Source: Mobula birostris (Eukaryota). From it: 64,000 nt of DNA. Positions 25,987 through 37,015 of this stretch are shown here, piece after piece. A program made the position numbers and the translations under genes. Where the stretch lies: assembly GCF_030028105.1 (NCBI RefSeq), contig NC_092375.1, positions 68,051,130-68,115,129 of the forward strand. Direction: 5' to 3'. The notes under the pieces are model-generated. The model did not search any database, was not told where the DNA came from, and worked only from the letters and a program-made list of their open reading frames with translations. Position 1 is the stretch's first letter; the number at the start of each line of letters is the position of its first letter.

Positions 25987-27276
25987 ATTGCCCTGGAGAG
26001 CTCCACTGTACAATCCTTTTCCACACTGAAGAGACCACGAGCCTCCAGACCTTAGATGCTGGAGCATCAGATCGTCCTTCTATGACAGCTTGCGAAAACT
26101 ACACACAAGTTTTACTCTTATTAAATATCTCTCATTTGGAGACACTGAAAGGGTTTAAACATAATTTAATTAAAAATTAATTATTGGGAACAAAGACAAG
26201 ATACATCTAGTTAAAGTGCATCAACATACAGTAAATTATTATAACATGAAAATAAATGAAATAATGAAATAAAGAAAAATAAACAACCATCATAGTCAAA
26301 ACTTACAATCCATTTCAAATGAATAGGGTTATCACTTGTACATCTGCCATAGCACTTATAAAGTTGAGAAGACATACCCTAAATGAATCTAGTCCCTTCG
26401 CGCAGTGTGATCTAGGGTTATCAGTGGGCTCAATGATTACTCCAGTGATATCATGGGAAATCAGGTGCACTTGCTTCCTACTTGCAGTACATGGAAGTGC
26501 AGAAGGCAAAACTTCCATTGACACTGTAGCATCACTGGCTCAGTAATTACGATTTTGTGTATCATTTGAAATTCACATATAATTAAACCACAAAATATAT
26601 CATTTTCACAGTATTTTGTGAAGAAACTATCTCGCAAACGTCTCAAAATCTGATCCATTTGCTAGCTGTCTATAAGTATAATAGAAAAGGATGCGCACCT
26701 GGTTTCTACAAACAACATTTTCAAATTAATCTCAAAATTGTTGTCAGTTTCATGCAGTAATAATGCTAAAAACTTTCATTTAAAAACTGCTAAAAACTAT
26801 GGATATTTCAAAAAGGGTTTCCTGTTGAATGATCCCAACTCCCAACACAAAGAAACAAGGTGTTTGGAAATTTTGGTCATATTATACCATCTTGTTAGCA
26901 TAATGGAAAAGAAAGTGTTTGATCTGTCAGCCTCCCTGAAGTAATCCCTCCTTGTTATCTGTTATCTGGGCTAGAGTCAGAATATCTAATCCTTTAATCC
27001 AATAGTATGGGTTATGAACCATGTGAATCCTCTTGCAGAGGTAAAACCATAAATTATATGTGAATATCTTTGATATCTAGCAAGGATCCACTTGGGTTTG
27101 TAAAACAATAAAATGTTTAGCTGAAATTTTGTAACATAGATTGTTAGGGAAAAAATTACTCTATCGGAAAAAATGTATTGGAGGCAGAACTCAAAGACGG
27201 CAGATATTAAACAAAAAATGTTGTCTTCATAAGTACAAAATAAATCAAAGAGGGCACATATCAATCCATAATTTAC

Positions 27277-27389
27277 CTTGATGAAATTGACACTTTGTTT
27301 CCATTGGGCAATGAGAAACTTCCTGCATCTTTTCCTACTATTATTGCAAAATAAACCACGCGTTTGTCGATTGGATTTTGCAATCGAAT
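27277..27389 (-). CDS. CFAP47: CFAP47 internal coding exon
   Basis: aatgcag|ATT CGA...TCA AG|gtaaat; 113 nt, phase 0 to 2; IRLQNPIDKRVVYFAIIVGKDAGSFSLPNGNKVSISS(R). Confidence 0.88.
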
Positions 27390-28255
27390 CTGCATTAAAA
27401 AATAATAATTAGTTTTATCTTTGACAAAGTTTATTATACAGTGTTCAGGGATTATTAAGCTAAATACCTGATTCTACGTATTTCCATAAACCTTTCAATA
27501 AAGCATCTCTCATGAACCCTCCTGTTGGTCTTCGATGTTCCCTTTGTTAAAGGACTCACACTGAGTCTACAGAGAATGGCATTATATTATATTATAAATT
27601 TGTGTTTTTAAAAAAGACCAAATACTCAAAAACTACCAGAATATCTGTAAAAGTAATACCCGTAACTAAATCTGAGCATTACTCCTAGAATCAATCACCA
27701 ACAAATTACCAATTACTAAATTGGTAACTCAGATTGGTGATTGGTAAATCAACAAATCACCAAGTATTTGGTGATGACATAAATTGAAGTAGTCTTCAGC
27801 CAACAGGATGACATCAAGATTGGAGACATAATGGAAAGTAAGGAAGGCTATCAAAGCTTGCAGTGGGATCTGGATCAGCTGGTAAAATCAGTAGGCACTG
27901 AAGAGTGCAGTAAAACAGAGGGATCTGGGAATACAGATCCATAACTGCTTGACTGTAGCATAACAGATAGATAGGGTTGTTTTTGATGCATTAGTCTTCA
28001 TAAATCAAGGCACTGAGTACATGTGTTGGGATGTTATGTTGATGTGGTAATTTGGAGTATTGTGTGCAGTTCTGATCACCTTCCTACAGGAAATATATCA
28101 ACAAGATTGACAGAGTGTAGAGAAAATTTACAAGGATGTTGCCAGTACTTGACCTGAGTTATAGGGAAGGGGTGAGTAAGTTCGGACTTTATTCCCTGGT
28201 GCATAGGAGAATGAGCAAAGGTTTGATTGAGGTGAACAAAATTATGAAGGGTATA

Positions 28256-28570
28256 TTATTAAAATAAGCACCAAACTGCACCAGTTTCTGGGACTTAGAT
28301 GCTCTAAATCTCTGGAATATGGCTAGCTGGTGTGGCCTCTTTAAGGATTCAGGATTGTCCTATTAATTGGCAGCCATGTTTTGGCACCAGGACTTCAGTG
28401 TTTAAGGAGCATCTGAATGGAGATTTGGTGCTAATTGTAAGCTCTACTTGGATTATTGTCTAACATCTAGTTTAATATTCTGTTCTCGTTTCAGTCTCGC
28501 GTATCTTGATTCCAGCCTGGGATACTCCAGCACTTGGGTCCAACCATCCTCACCTAGGTCTCCTGTCACA
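28256..28570 (+). repeat. 5' LTR of Gypsy element
   Basis: Aligns to 33884-34208; ends ...taggtctcctgtcaca; start uncertain by 2 nt (TG lost). Confidence 0.88.
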
Positions 28571-29260
28571 GTATGATTGAGTCAAAAGTGAACCCAGCAG
28601 GGTATTGGAGTCTCTCACCTGCTGTGGCCAGCCAGAGAGAAAGGATTTCTAGACAGAGCCTGGAGATACATGACCTCCAGGTTGTCGTGTGGCAACTTTC
28701 ACAAGGGGGAAGTCAGAGTGCTCAAGTGAGGCTGTTGGTCACTCTGCAGAGCCTAGAGAGATTAGATGGTGACCCGGGTTCTACCCGTGGCTTCTTCAGT
28801 CAGAGCTCATTAGTGTTCGAACTCCAGCCATCCCGGTTCCCTTTGGAGAACGAAAAGGTAGCTTTCATTATCTCCCTCCCGAATGGGAGAGCGCTGGCCT
28901 GGGCCACAGCGCATTGAGAACAAATGTCGGAGATTTGCTCAGATATGGAGGAATTCATGGCCACCATGACATGAAGAAGGTGTTCCATTACCCTGCCAGA
29001 GCCAGCCAAGACTTGCCTGACGAAGGTGTCAGGGTAGTTGGTTATCGGCCAACTATGCTATCAACTTTTAAACTTTGGCCCAAAAGAGTGGCTGAAGCAG
29101 GGAAGTCTTGGCAACTCTACTGTCACAGACTCCGAGACAAACTAAAGGATGCCCTCACCCTTGGAGAGCCTGCAGAGGATTTGGAGGTTCTGATCGACCA
29201 GTCCACCTGCCTCAATAATTGTCTGGCTGGGCGAAAGTGGAGACTACTTCCAGAGGTCCA

Positions 29261-30479
29261 TAGGGAGAACCTTGGGGACTATAGACCGGTGAGTCTTACG
29301 TCGGTGGTCTGCAAACTATTGGAAAGGATTCTTAAGAATAGGATCTACGAGCACTTGGAGAAGTACAGTCTTCTCAAGGATAGTCAACGTGGCTTTGTGA
29401 AGGGAAGGTGGTGCCTCACGAGTCTAATTGAGTTTTCTGAAGAGGTAACAAAAGAAATTGATGAGGGTAGGGTGGTAGATGTGGTCTACATGGATTTTAG
29501 CAAGGCATTTGACAAGGTCCCCCACAAGAGACTCATCCAGAAAGTCATGAGGCATGGGAGCAGTGGAACCTTGGCTGTTTGGATAAAAAATTGGCTTAAA
29601 GGAAGAAAGCAGAGGGTAGTAGTGGAAGGAAAGTATTCTGCCTGGAGGTCAGTGACTAGTGGAGTACTGCAAGGATCTGTCCTGAGACCTCTGCTCTGTA
29701 ATTTTTATAAATGACCTGGATGAAGAGGCGGAAGGATGGGTGAGTAAGTTTGCGGACGACACGAAGATTGGAGGAGTTGTAGATGGAGCTGTAGGTTATC
29801 AAAGGTTACAAGAGGATATAGACAGGATGCAGAGTTGGGCAGAAAAGTGGCAGATGGCGTTCAATCCGGATAAGTGTGAGGTGATGCATTTTGGAAGGAC
29901 AAACCAGAAGGCTGAGTACAGGATTAATGGTCGGTTACTTAAGAGTATTGTGTTCACTTCTGGTCACCTCATTATAGGAAGGATGTGGAAGCTATGGAGA
30001 GGGTGCAGGGGAGATTTAACAGGATGTTGCCTGTATTGAAAAACAAGTCTTATGAGGCAAGGTTAGCATATCTGGGACTTTTCTCTTTGGAGCATAGAAG
30101 GATGAGAGGGGACTTGATAGAGGTCTACAAGATTATGAGAGGCATAGATAGGGTGGATAGCCAGTACCTGTTTCCCAGGGCACAAATAGCAAACACCAGA
30201 GAGTATATGTACAAAGTTAAGGGAGGGAAGTTTAGGAGAGACATCAGGAGTAAGTTTTTTCTTACACAGAGGGTTTTAGGTGCCTAGAATGACTTGCCAG
30301 GGATGGTGGTGGAGGCTAAAACATTAGGGGTATTTAAGAGCCTCTTGGATAGGCACATGGATGAAAGAAAAATAGAGGGTACTGTGGGTTTAATACCTTT
30401 TTTCTTAAAGGAATATAAGGGTCGGCACAACATCGAGGGCTGAAGGGCTTGTACTGTGCCGTAGTATTCTAGCGTCTAG
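29261..30479 (+). mobile_element. 5'-truncated CR1 LINE nested in Gypsy gag
   Basis: YRPVSLTSV, DFSKAFDKVPH and KFADDTK motifs; tail tattctagcgtctag; gag resumes after 30480. Confidence 0.92.
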
Positions 30480-33400
30480 GTCAGAGATAGCTAGCCTGAG
30501 CCTGGTCTCAATGCATTGCAGTTCCATTCCCTGATCTCAAACAATGTCCAGCCCATCTCCTGCTCAGTACCTGATGAGTCGATGCAAATTGGCTGCCCAA
30601 GACTCTCCATCATTGAGGTCCCAGCGTCAGAGTTGAGGTGGTTACTTTTACTGTGGGGAACAGGTCATCTGCGGGCCAAATGTCTGAAGCTGCAGCTTTA
30701 GGGAGGACTGCTAAGACCATCCAGTGTTGAGAGGACTGTGACAGTAGCAGCCACTACTCCCAACTCCATGGATTCTGGTATCTGAGATCTCTTGGGGTAA
30801 GTACCAAAGAGAAGTGAATGGTTTTGTGGGCCCTAAGGCAGTTGGTAATTTCCTGGACTTGGGGATCACCTGTTGGCTCAACATAGTACCGCTGAAGTTC
30901 AGCCAGTCAATGCTCACAACTATTCTGGATAGTCACCTGCTAAGTTTCAAGCAGATCCAGCAGCAGATAATAGTTTTGTGGATGAGGATTGAGGATCATG
31001 TGGAGGACATTAGTTTCTAAGTCATCGATTTGTCTCTCACACCTCTGATCCTCAGCACCTTTGGCTGTCCCAGCATAACCCTTCTATGAAGTGGAAGGAA
31101 GGGAGAATCATTGCTTGGTCCAGTCATTGCAAGAGGTTATGTTTGCAATGTGGTGTTCCAACCGTCAGACTCCCCCAAGACCAATGACCAATGAGGGGGC
31201 AGACTTCAGTCTGGGGTAGTCTGAAGCATTCTGGAGACCCAGTCTGGCCCTCAGACAGACAAGCTGTCTCCAGCCAACAGGACCATGCGAATCCCGATGC
31301 TGTCTAGTCCAGCACATGCTGGAAATAGACAGGGTGGTTTCTAGATTGGGAGCAAACCAAGGAGCCTGGAACTCTAGCAGCTAAGCCTAAGGGATCCAGC
31401 TGCCAGGTCCTGACTAAAGGAAGGACTCCTAAATGCAGACCCTTGGAGCTTAGCTCTGGAGGCACAAGGGCCATTTGTAATGCCTTGTTACTGTCGTGTG
31501 AGGATATGGACAAGGATTTGGACTTTGACTTGGCCACTGTTTCAATGAAGGAGTCTAGTGAACCTATGGAAGATATTGAGTTCTGTCAAATCACCCCTGT
31601 CACTTAAGGAGCCTCGGGAGTCATCCTCAAAGAAAAAATCAAAGTTAATTGCAACACCCAAATCAGTCGATATCCTTTCTATCTGCAAGGATTTGGAAGA
31701 GGCCTTCAGCAAGGAAAAGGCCTCGACTCTTCCACCACACTGACCAGACAACTGTGCTATAGATTTACTGGCTGGTATTGTACACGCTCACTGACACGGA
31801 GAGAAGTGCTATGTACATGAAAGAGGCACTTGCCATGGGATTCATTCAGCCCTCCTCCTCATCAACTGGTGTGGGTTTCTTCTTCATACAGAAAAAGGAT
31901 GGGAGCCTGCAGCCATGCAGTGATTAGAGGGTTGAATTGCTTAACAGCCAAGAATCGTTATTCCCTTCCACTCATGAACACAGCCTTCAAGATTCTCCAA
32001 GGGGTAAGAGTACTCATGAAGCTAGACTTGGGAGAGTGCGTACAATCTGGGTTACAAAAAAGAGGGCAACAAATGGAAAACTGCATTCAACACACCGATG
32101 AGGCACTATGAGTACCTGGTCATGCCCCTCAACCTCACAAACATTCCAGTTTTCCAGACCTTTATAAACTGTGCTCCAGGATGTTTTCCATAAGTACGCT
32201 TTCATCTTGGATGATATCCTAATCTTCTCAAAGTCCCTGAAGCAACATGTTGCTCATCTCAGGGATATTTTATAGAGGCTTCTAGACCGTGAATTTATGT
32301 CAAGCTGGAGAAGTTTAAATTTCATGTGACCACCATTTCACCTTTGGGTTTTATCAAGTCTAATGGAAGTCTCAAGGTGGACCCTACTAAGACCCAAGCA
32401 GTCACAGATTGGACTTGTTTCACATTGGATGGTTATAGCCAACAATTTCTGGGACTTGCCAACTTCTACCAGAAGTTCATCAGCTACTTCAGCTCAAGGG
32501 CAGCTCCACTGACAGCCCTAAGTAAGAAATCCATGGTTCCTTTTGTTTGGACTACCAACGTGGAGGCTGCATTTGCGGAGGTCAAACAGCTCCCATTTTG
32601 GTTTCACCTAACCCAGACCCTTTCCTTCATCATGGAGGTGCATGCAGTATTGTATCAAAGGACACCTTCAGACAGTAAACTGCACCCATGTGCATTCTTC
32701 TCCAGGCAGCTATCACCGGCAGAGATGAACTATGACATTGGGAATAGAGAGCTGCTTGTGGTCAAGTTGGCTTTGGAGGAATGGTGTTACTGGCTTGAGG
32801 GAGCTAAGAACCCTTTTATCATTTGAACAGACTACAAGAACCTGGTTTGTATTCAGGAGGCCAAGAGAATGCATTTTAGGCAGGCCAGGTGGTTTCTCTT
32901 CTTTAACCCCTTTAATTTTGTCCTGACCTATCCATCGGTGTCGAAAATTCAGAAACAGATGCCTTGTCCTGTCAGTTCAATAAACCCAAATGAGAGGAGA
33001 GCCAACCGCCATTTTGTTCGTATTCATGTCATGTTTTTGGAGGGTGTTCAGTATGCTGACTGGGGCAAGTCTTTCCTGTGTTTCACCCGTGGTCCAATGG
33101 CCAGATGGAGTGGGCCAACCAAAAATTGGAATGAACACTAAGATGCCAGGCCTCAGAAAGACCAGATGTGTGGTGTGACCATTTGATGTGGGGCAGAGGT
33201 CACCCAGAACACTTCACTGCATTTGGCACATGGGATGTCGCTGTTTAAATGCCAACTTGGATATTCTCTGCCATTCTTCCCTGAGCAGGAGGTTGAGTTT
33301 GCGGTTCCTGCAACTGAAGATCTCGTTCAACGCTGCAAGGAGGAATGGACTAGAGCAAAGCAGAATTTTGTTAACCTCTACCCACAAAACTGAAGTAAAG

Positions 33401-33883
33401 GCTAACCACAAGAGAAGACTGGGACCAGCTTTGCATCTTGGGAAACAAGTTTGGCTATTTACACAGAATTTGCCACTCTGAGTGGAGTCTAACAAATTGG
33501 CACCCAAGTTCATTGGACCCTGCAAAGTTCTCAAAAAAAGTAAACCCTGTGGCTTACACCTTGCAGCTCCCCAAGACTCTCAAAATCAATCCCACTTTCC
33601 ACATTTGCAAATTAAAACCTGTGAACACCAGCCATTTAGCCCTACCGCCATCAGTCCCACCACCACCTAGGTTTGTCAATGGTGAACAAGTCTTCACCAT
33701 GAGAAGAATTTTAGAATCACAAATTGTTTGGGATGTTCAACAGTTCTTCGTGGACTGGGAAGGATTCAGACCCAAGGAATGGTGCTAGGTTCCCGGAAGG
33801 GACAACTTGGATCCAGCTCTCATCTATGACTACCTTCACCGTCTCTCCAAGCAACCACGGCCATCAGAAGAGGGGGAGGGGTC

Positions 33884-34208
33884 TGTTATGATAATACACC
33901 CAACCACACCAGCTTTTGGGGTTTAGACGCTCTAAATCTCTGGAATACGAAGAGCTGGCGCAGTCCCTTTAAGATTTCAGAACCATCCTGCTAATTTGCA
34001 GCTATGTTTTGGCACCAGGCTTTCAATATTTAAGGAGCACCTGAACTGAGGTTCAGTACTCAATTGTCAGCTCTACTTGGATTATCATCTAGTGTTTAGT
34101 TTAGTATTCTGTTCTTGTTTTTGTTTCAGTTTCATATCGTGTCTCCATTCCAGCCTCGGATACTCCAGCACTTGGGTCCAACCATCCTTGCCTAGGTCTC
34201 CCATCACA
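33884..34208 (+). repeat. 3' LTR of Gypsy element
   Basis: TG...CA termini (tgttatg...catcaca), preceded by the polypurine tract agaagagggggagggg. Confidence 0.9.
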
Positions 34209-36076
34209 TATAGATAAAGTAAATGCAAGCAGGCTTTTTCCACTGAGGTTTGGTTAGATTAGAGCTGGAGGTCTTGGGTTAAGGATGAAAGGTGAAATGT
34301 TTATGGAGAACATGAGGGGAACCTCACTCGAGGGTCATGACAGTGTGGAATGAGCTGCCAGCTGAAGTGGTGGATGCTGGTTCGATCTCAACATTTTAAA
34401 AGAAGTTTGGATAGGTACGTGGATGGAAGGGGAATGGAGACTATGGTCTGGGTGCAGGTTGATGAGACTAAGCAGGTTAATAGTTCAGCATGGACTAAAT
34501 TAGCCAAAGGGCCTGTTTCTGTGCTATAGTGTTCTTTGACTCTGAGTCGAATAAATCAAAGATCATTCCAATAAGCTAAATAACATTTGCTACATTTTTG
34601 AGGTGCAAGCTTTCAGAAAAGCATCAAATTAGTTTTGCGCCAAGAACAGCATTGATTTGTCTACGTAGCATATTTCTATTGTAGATGAGTGCTACACACA
34701 TCCATGCCCTTCCCAATAAGGTAAACAATGGAAATTGAATTCTAAATTTCCATCAGCCACCTTGACAACCAAACACCATGTATTATTGAAATTGCAAGGC
34801 AAACAAGTTTGTTTATAACTGCTGAAAGGAAACAATTAAGTTGACCAAGACTTTTTTTAATTGCTCATATTTGTCCCATTCCTAATACCTTCAAGAAGGT
34901 GGTAAGTAGCCTCCTTAAACCACAAAATCTTTTGTGACAGAGGTACTCCCAATGTATTATTATTCCAAAATAGATATTGATTCTCATGACAGTAAAGGCC
35001 ATCAAGTATGTTTCTAAGCTCAGGATGATATGCAGATGATAAGAATTTACAGAAGGCAGCATACTCATGCCCTTGTTGCAATTGTTTTAGTTAGGAGAGG
35101 TCAAGGTTTGGAAAGTATTGTCAAAAAGTCTTCAGCAAAAAAATCTTTGACATGTTATTGCACAGAATTTTTGCTGGATACAGCAGCTATAATGTGCTAT
35201 GGGTGGAGAGAATTTAAGTAATGCATAGGGTTCCAATCAAATAATTTGATTTATCCTATGTTACCTTGAGCTTCTTGCTAATTGGTGATACCTCAGGCCA
35301 ATGGAGAATTCTCCTTCACACTTCTATCTTGTATGACTGTATCATTTAAGCTTTCAGTCAATGCTGAGTCTTAGCTTCATAATGATGAAGGTGTAAAGCT
35401 AATGCCATTAATTATCAAGAGGATATCTTGAGATTCTTTCTGATAGCTATCATTACTGAAATGTGTGCCTCATTTCTGATGCATGCATACTGATATTGAT
35501 CTAATTTGGCAAACAAAACTATTCTAATATAATGGCCTCCATTTTCATGTTTTACAAGCAAAATCATTGATTTTTCTATCACTCAGCTCTCAAAATCACA
35601 TCATTACACAATCATTTGTGCAATTGTTTTGTAGTGACAAGGTTTTAAAATCAAAGCGTAAAATATCAATAGGCAAATAGGATATGTAACACTCTCAGTA
35701 TATCAAATTTGAAGACAGAATATAATATTAATGGTAAGGCTCATAGCAGTGTAGAGGATCAGCAAGATCTTGGGACCCGTCTCCATAGGATACTCAAAGC
35801 TGCTGTGCAAGTTGACAATGTTGTTAAGAAGGAATGTGGTGTGTTGGCCTTCATCAATCATGGGATTTGAGTTCAAGAGCTGTGAGGTAACGTTAAAGCT
35901 ATAAACATTTTGAACCAAACATTTTGAAAAGCTCAAACAGATAAATAGAGGGATAGCTCAAGTGAAGTGGCCAGAGCGTGAGTGGGCCAGTGAAGGAGTG
36001 GAGCTTTGAGGCTTTGACTCGAGAGGCTTCGACGAGAAGAGGCAGAGGACAAGCTAGCTCGCAGTTAGTTTTTACA

Positions 36077-37015
36077 ATGTCCCCTGAGACGGTGATGTGC
36101 CTCTCATGTGAGATGTGGCAGTCTTGGGGGAACGCCCCTCTCCCGCAGAGTCACATCTGCCAGAAGTGCATACGGCTGGGCGATCTGGAAGACCGTGTAA
36201 GGAATCTGGAGCAGCAGCTGGATGACCTTCAACTCATAAGGGAGAGTGAGGCAGTCATAGATGAGAGCTACAGGGAGGTAGTCACACCTAGGCTGTCGGA
36301 AGCAGGTCGTTGGGTGACAGTCAGAGGGGGGAAAGCGAAGGTGAGCAGACAGGTAGTGCAGAGCACCCCTATAGCCATTCCCCTGAATAATAAGTTTACC
36401 GTCCTGGCTACTGTCAGTGGGGACGACCGACCAGGTGTGAGCCACGGTGGCAGGGCCTCCGGCACTGAGTCTGACCCTGTGGTGCAGAAGGGTGGGACGG
36501 AGAAGAGGAGAGCTGTCGTCATTGGAGACTCTATAGTCAGCGGAGCAGACAGATTTTGTGTACGTGAGAAGGACACCCGCATGGCTTGTCGCCTCCCGGG
36601 TGCCAGGGTCCGGGATGTCTCTGACCGGGTGCACGACATCCTGGTACGAGAGGGAAAGCAACCAGAAGTCGTGATACATGTTGGGACCAATGACATAGGC
36701 AGGAAGAGGGATGAGGTCCTGAAGTGTGAGTTTCGGGAATTAGGCAGAAGGTTGAAGAACAGGACCTCAAGGGTGACGTTCTCAGGATTGCTGCCAGTGC
36801 TACATGACAGAGATGGTAAGAATTGAAGGAGATGGCAGTTGAATGTGTGGCTGAGGAGTTGGTGCAGGGAGCAGGGTTTTAGATTTTTAGATCATCGGGA
36901 TCTCTTCTGGGGAAGGTGGGGCCTGTACAGATTGGATGGGTTGCACCTGAACTCGAAGGGGAGCAATATTCTTGCAGGTACGTTTGCTAGCATGATTCGG
37001 GAGGGTTTAAACTAA
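36077..37015 (+). pseudogene. CR1 ORF1p (zinc finger, coiled coil, SGNH/GDSL esterase) with one premature stop
   Basis: CLSC...CQKC; LEDRVRNLEQQLDDL; VIGDS, HVGTND, DGLHLN; TGA at 36824 (likely from TGG); natural stop TAA at 37013-37015. Confidence 0.9.

Larger units (their letters stand above)
28256..34208 (+). mobile_element. Degenerate Ty3/Gypsy LTR retrotransposon (sushi/PEG10-like gag, chromodomain integrase)
   Basis: Two LTRs; gag FELQPSRF..KVAFIISL..GRALAWATA, ExMQIG and a CCHC remnant; protease-like FVGPKAVGNFLD; RT KNRYSLPL and LDDILIFS; RNase H CAFFSRQLSPAEMNYDIGNRELL; KLAPKFIGP and chromodomain VDWEGF; PPT at 33866-33883; TATA TSD. Confidence 0.92.
27830..34545 (+). mobile_element. 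Old CR1 3' fragment split by the Gypsy element (27830-28255 and 34209-34545)
   Basis: ...aaaattatgaagggTATA | TATAgataaagtaaatgcaagcagg... rejoins a CR1 KIMKGIDKVNASRLF segment. Confidence 0.8.

Noticed and set aside
26151-26160. Another gggtttaaac motif
   Set aside because: Not within any ORF or CR1 context; chance occurrence in AT-rich DNA.
26315-26658. Cluster of short overlapping ORFs in non-repeat intron DNA
   Set aside because: No recognisable domain or consistent splice structure; lengths are within chance expectation.
28914-29714. 266-aa ORF that looks like a gag-RT fusion gene
   Set aside because: Chance read-through from decayed Gypsy gag into a nested, truncated CR1; starts at TTG and both parts are broken.
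30695-30715. Gag-pol frameshift signal of the Gypsy element
   Set aside because: The expected G_GGA_AAC-type site is too decayed (ttagggaggac) to call.
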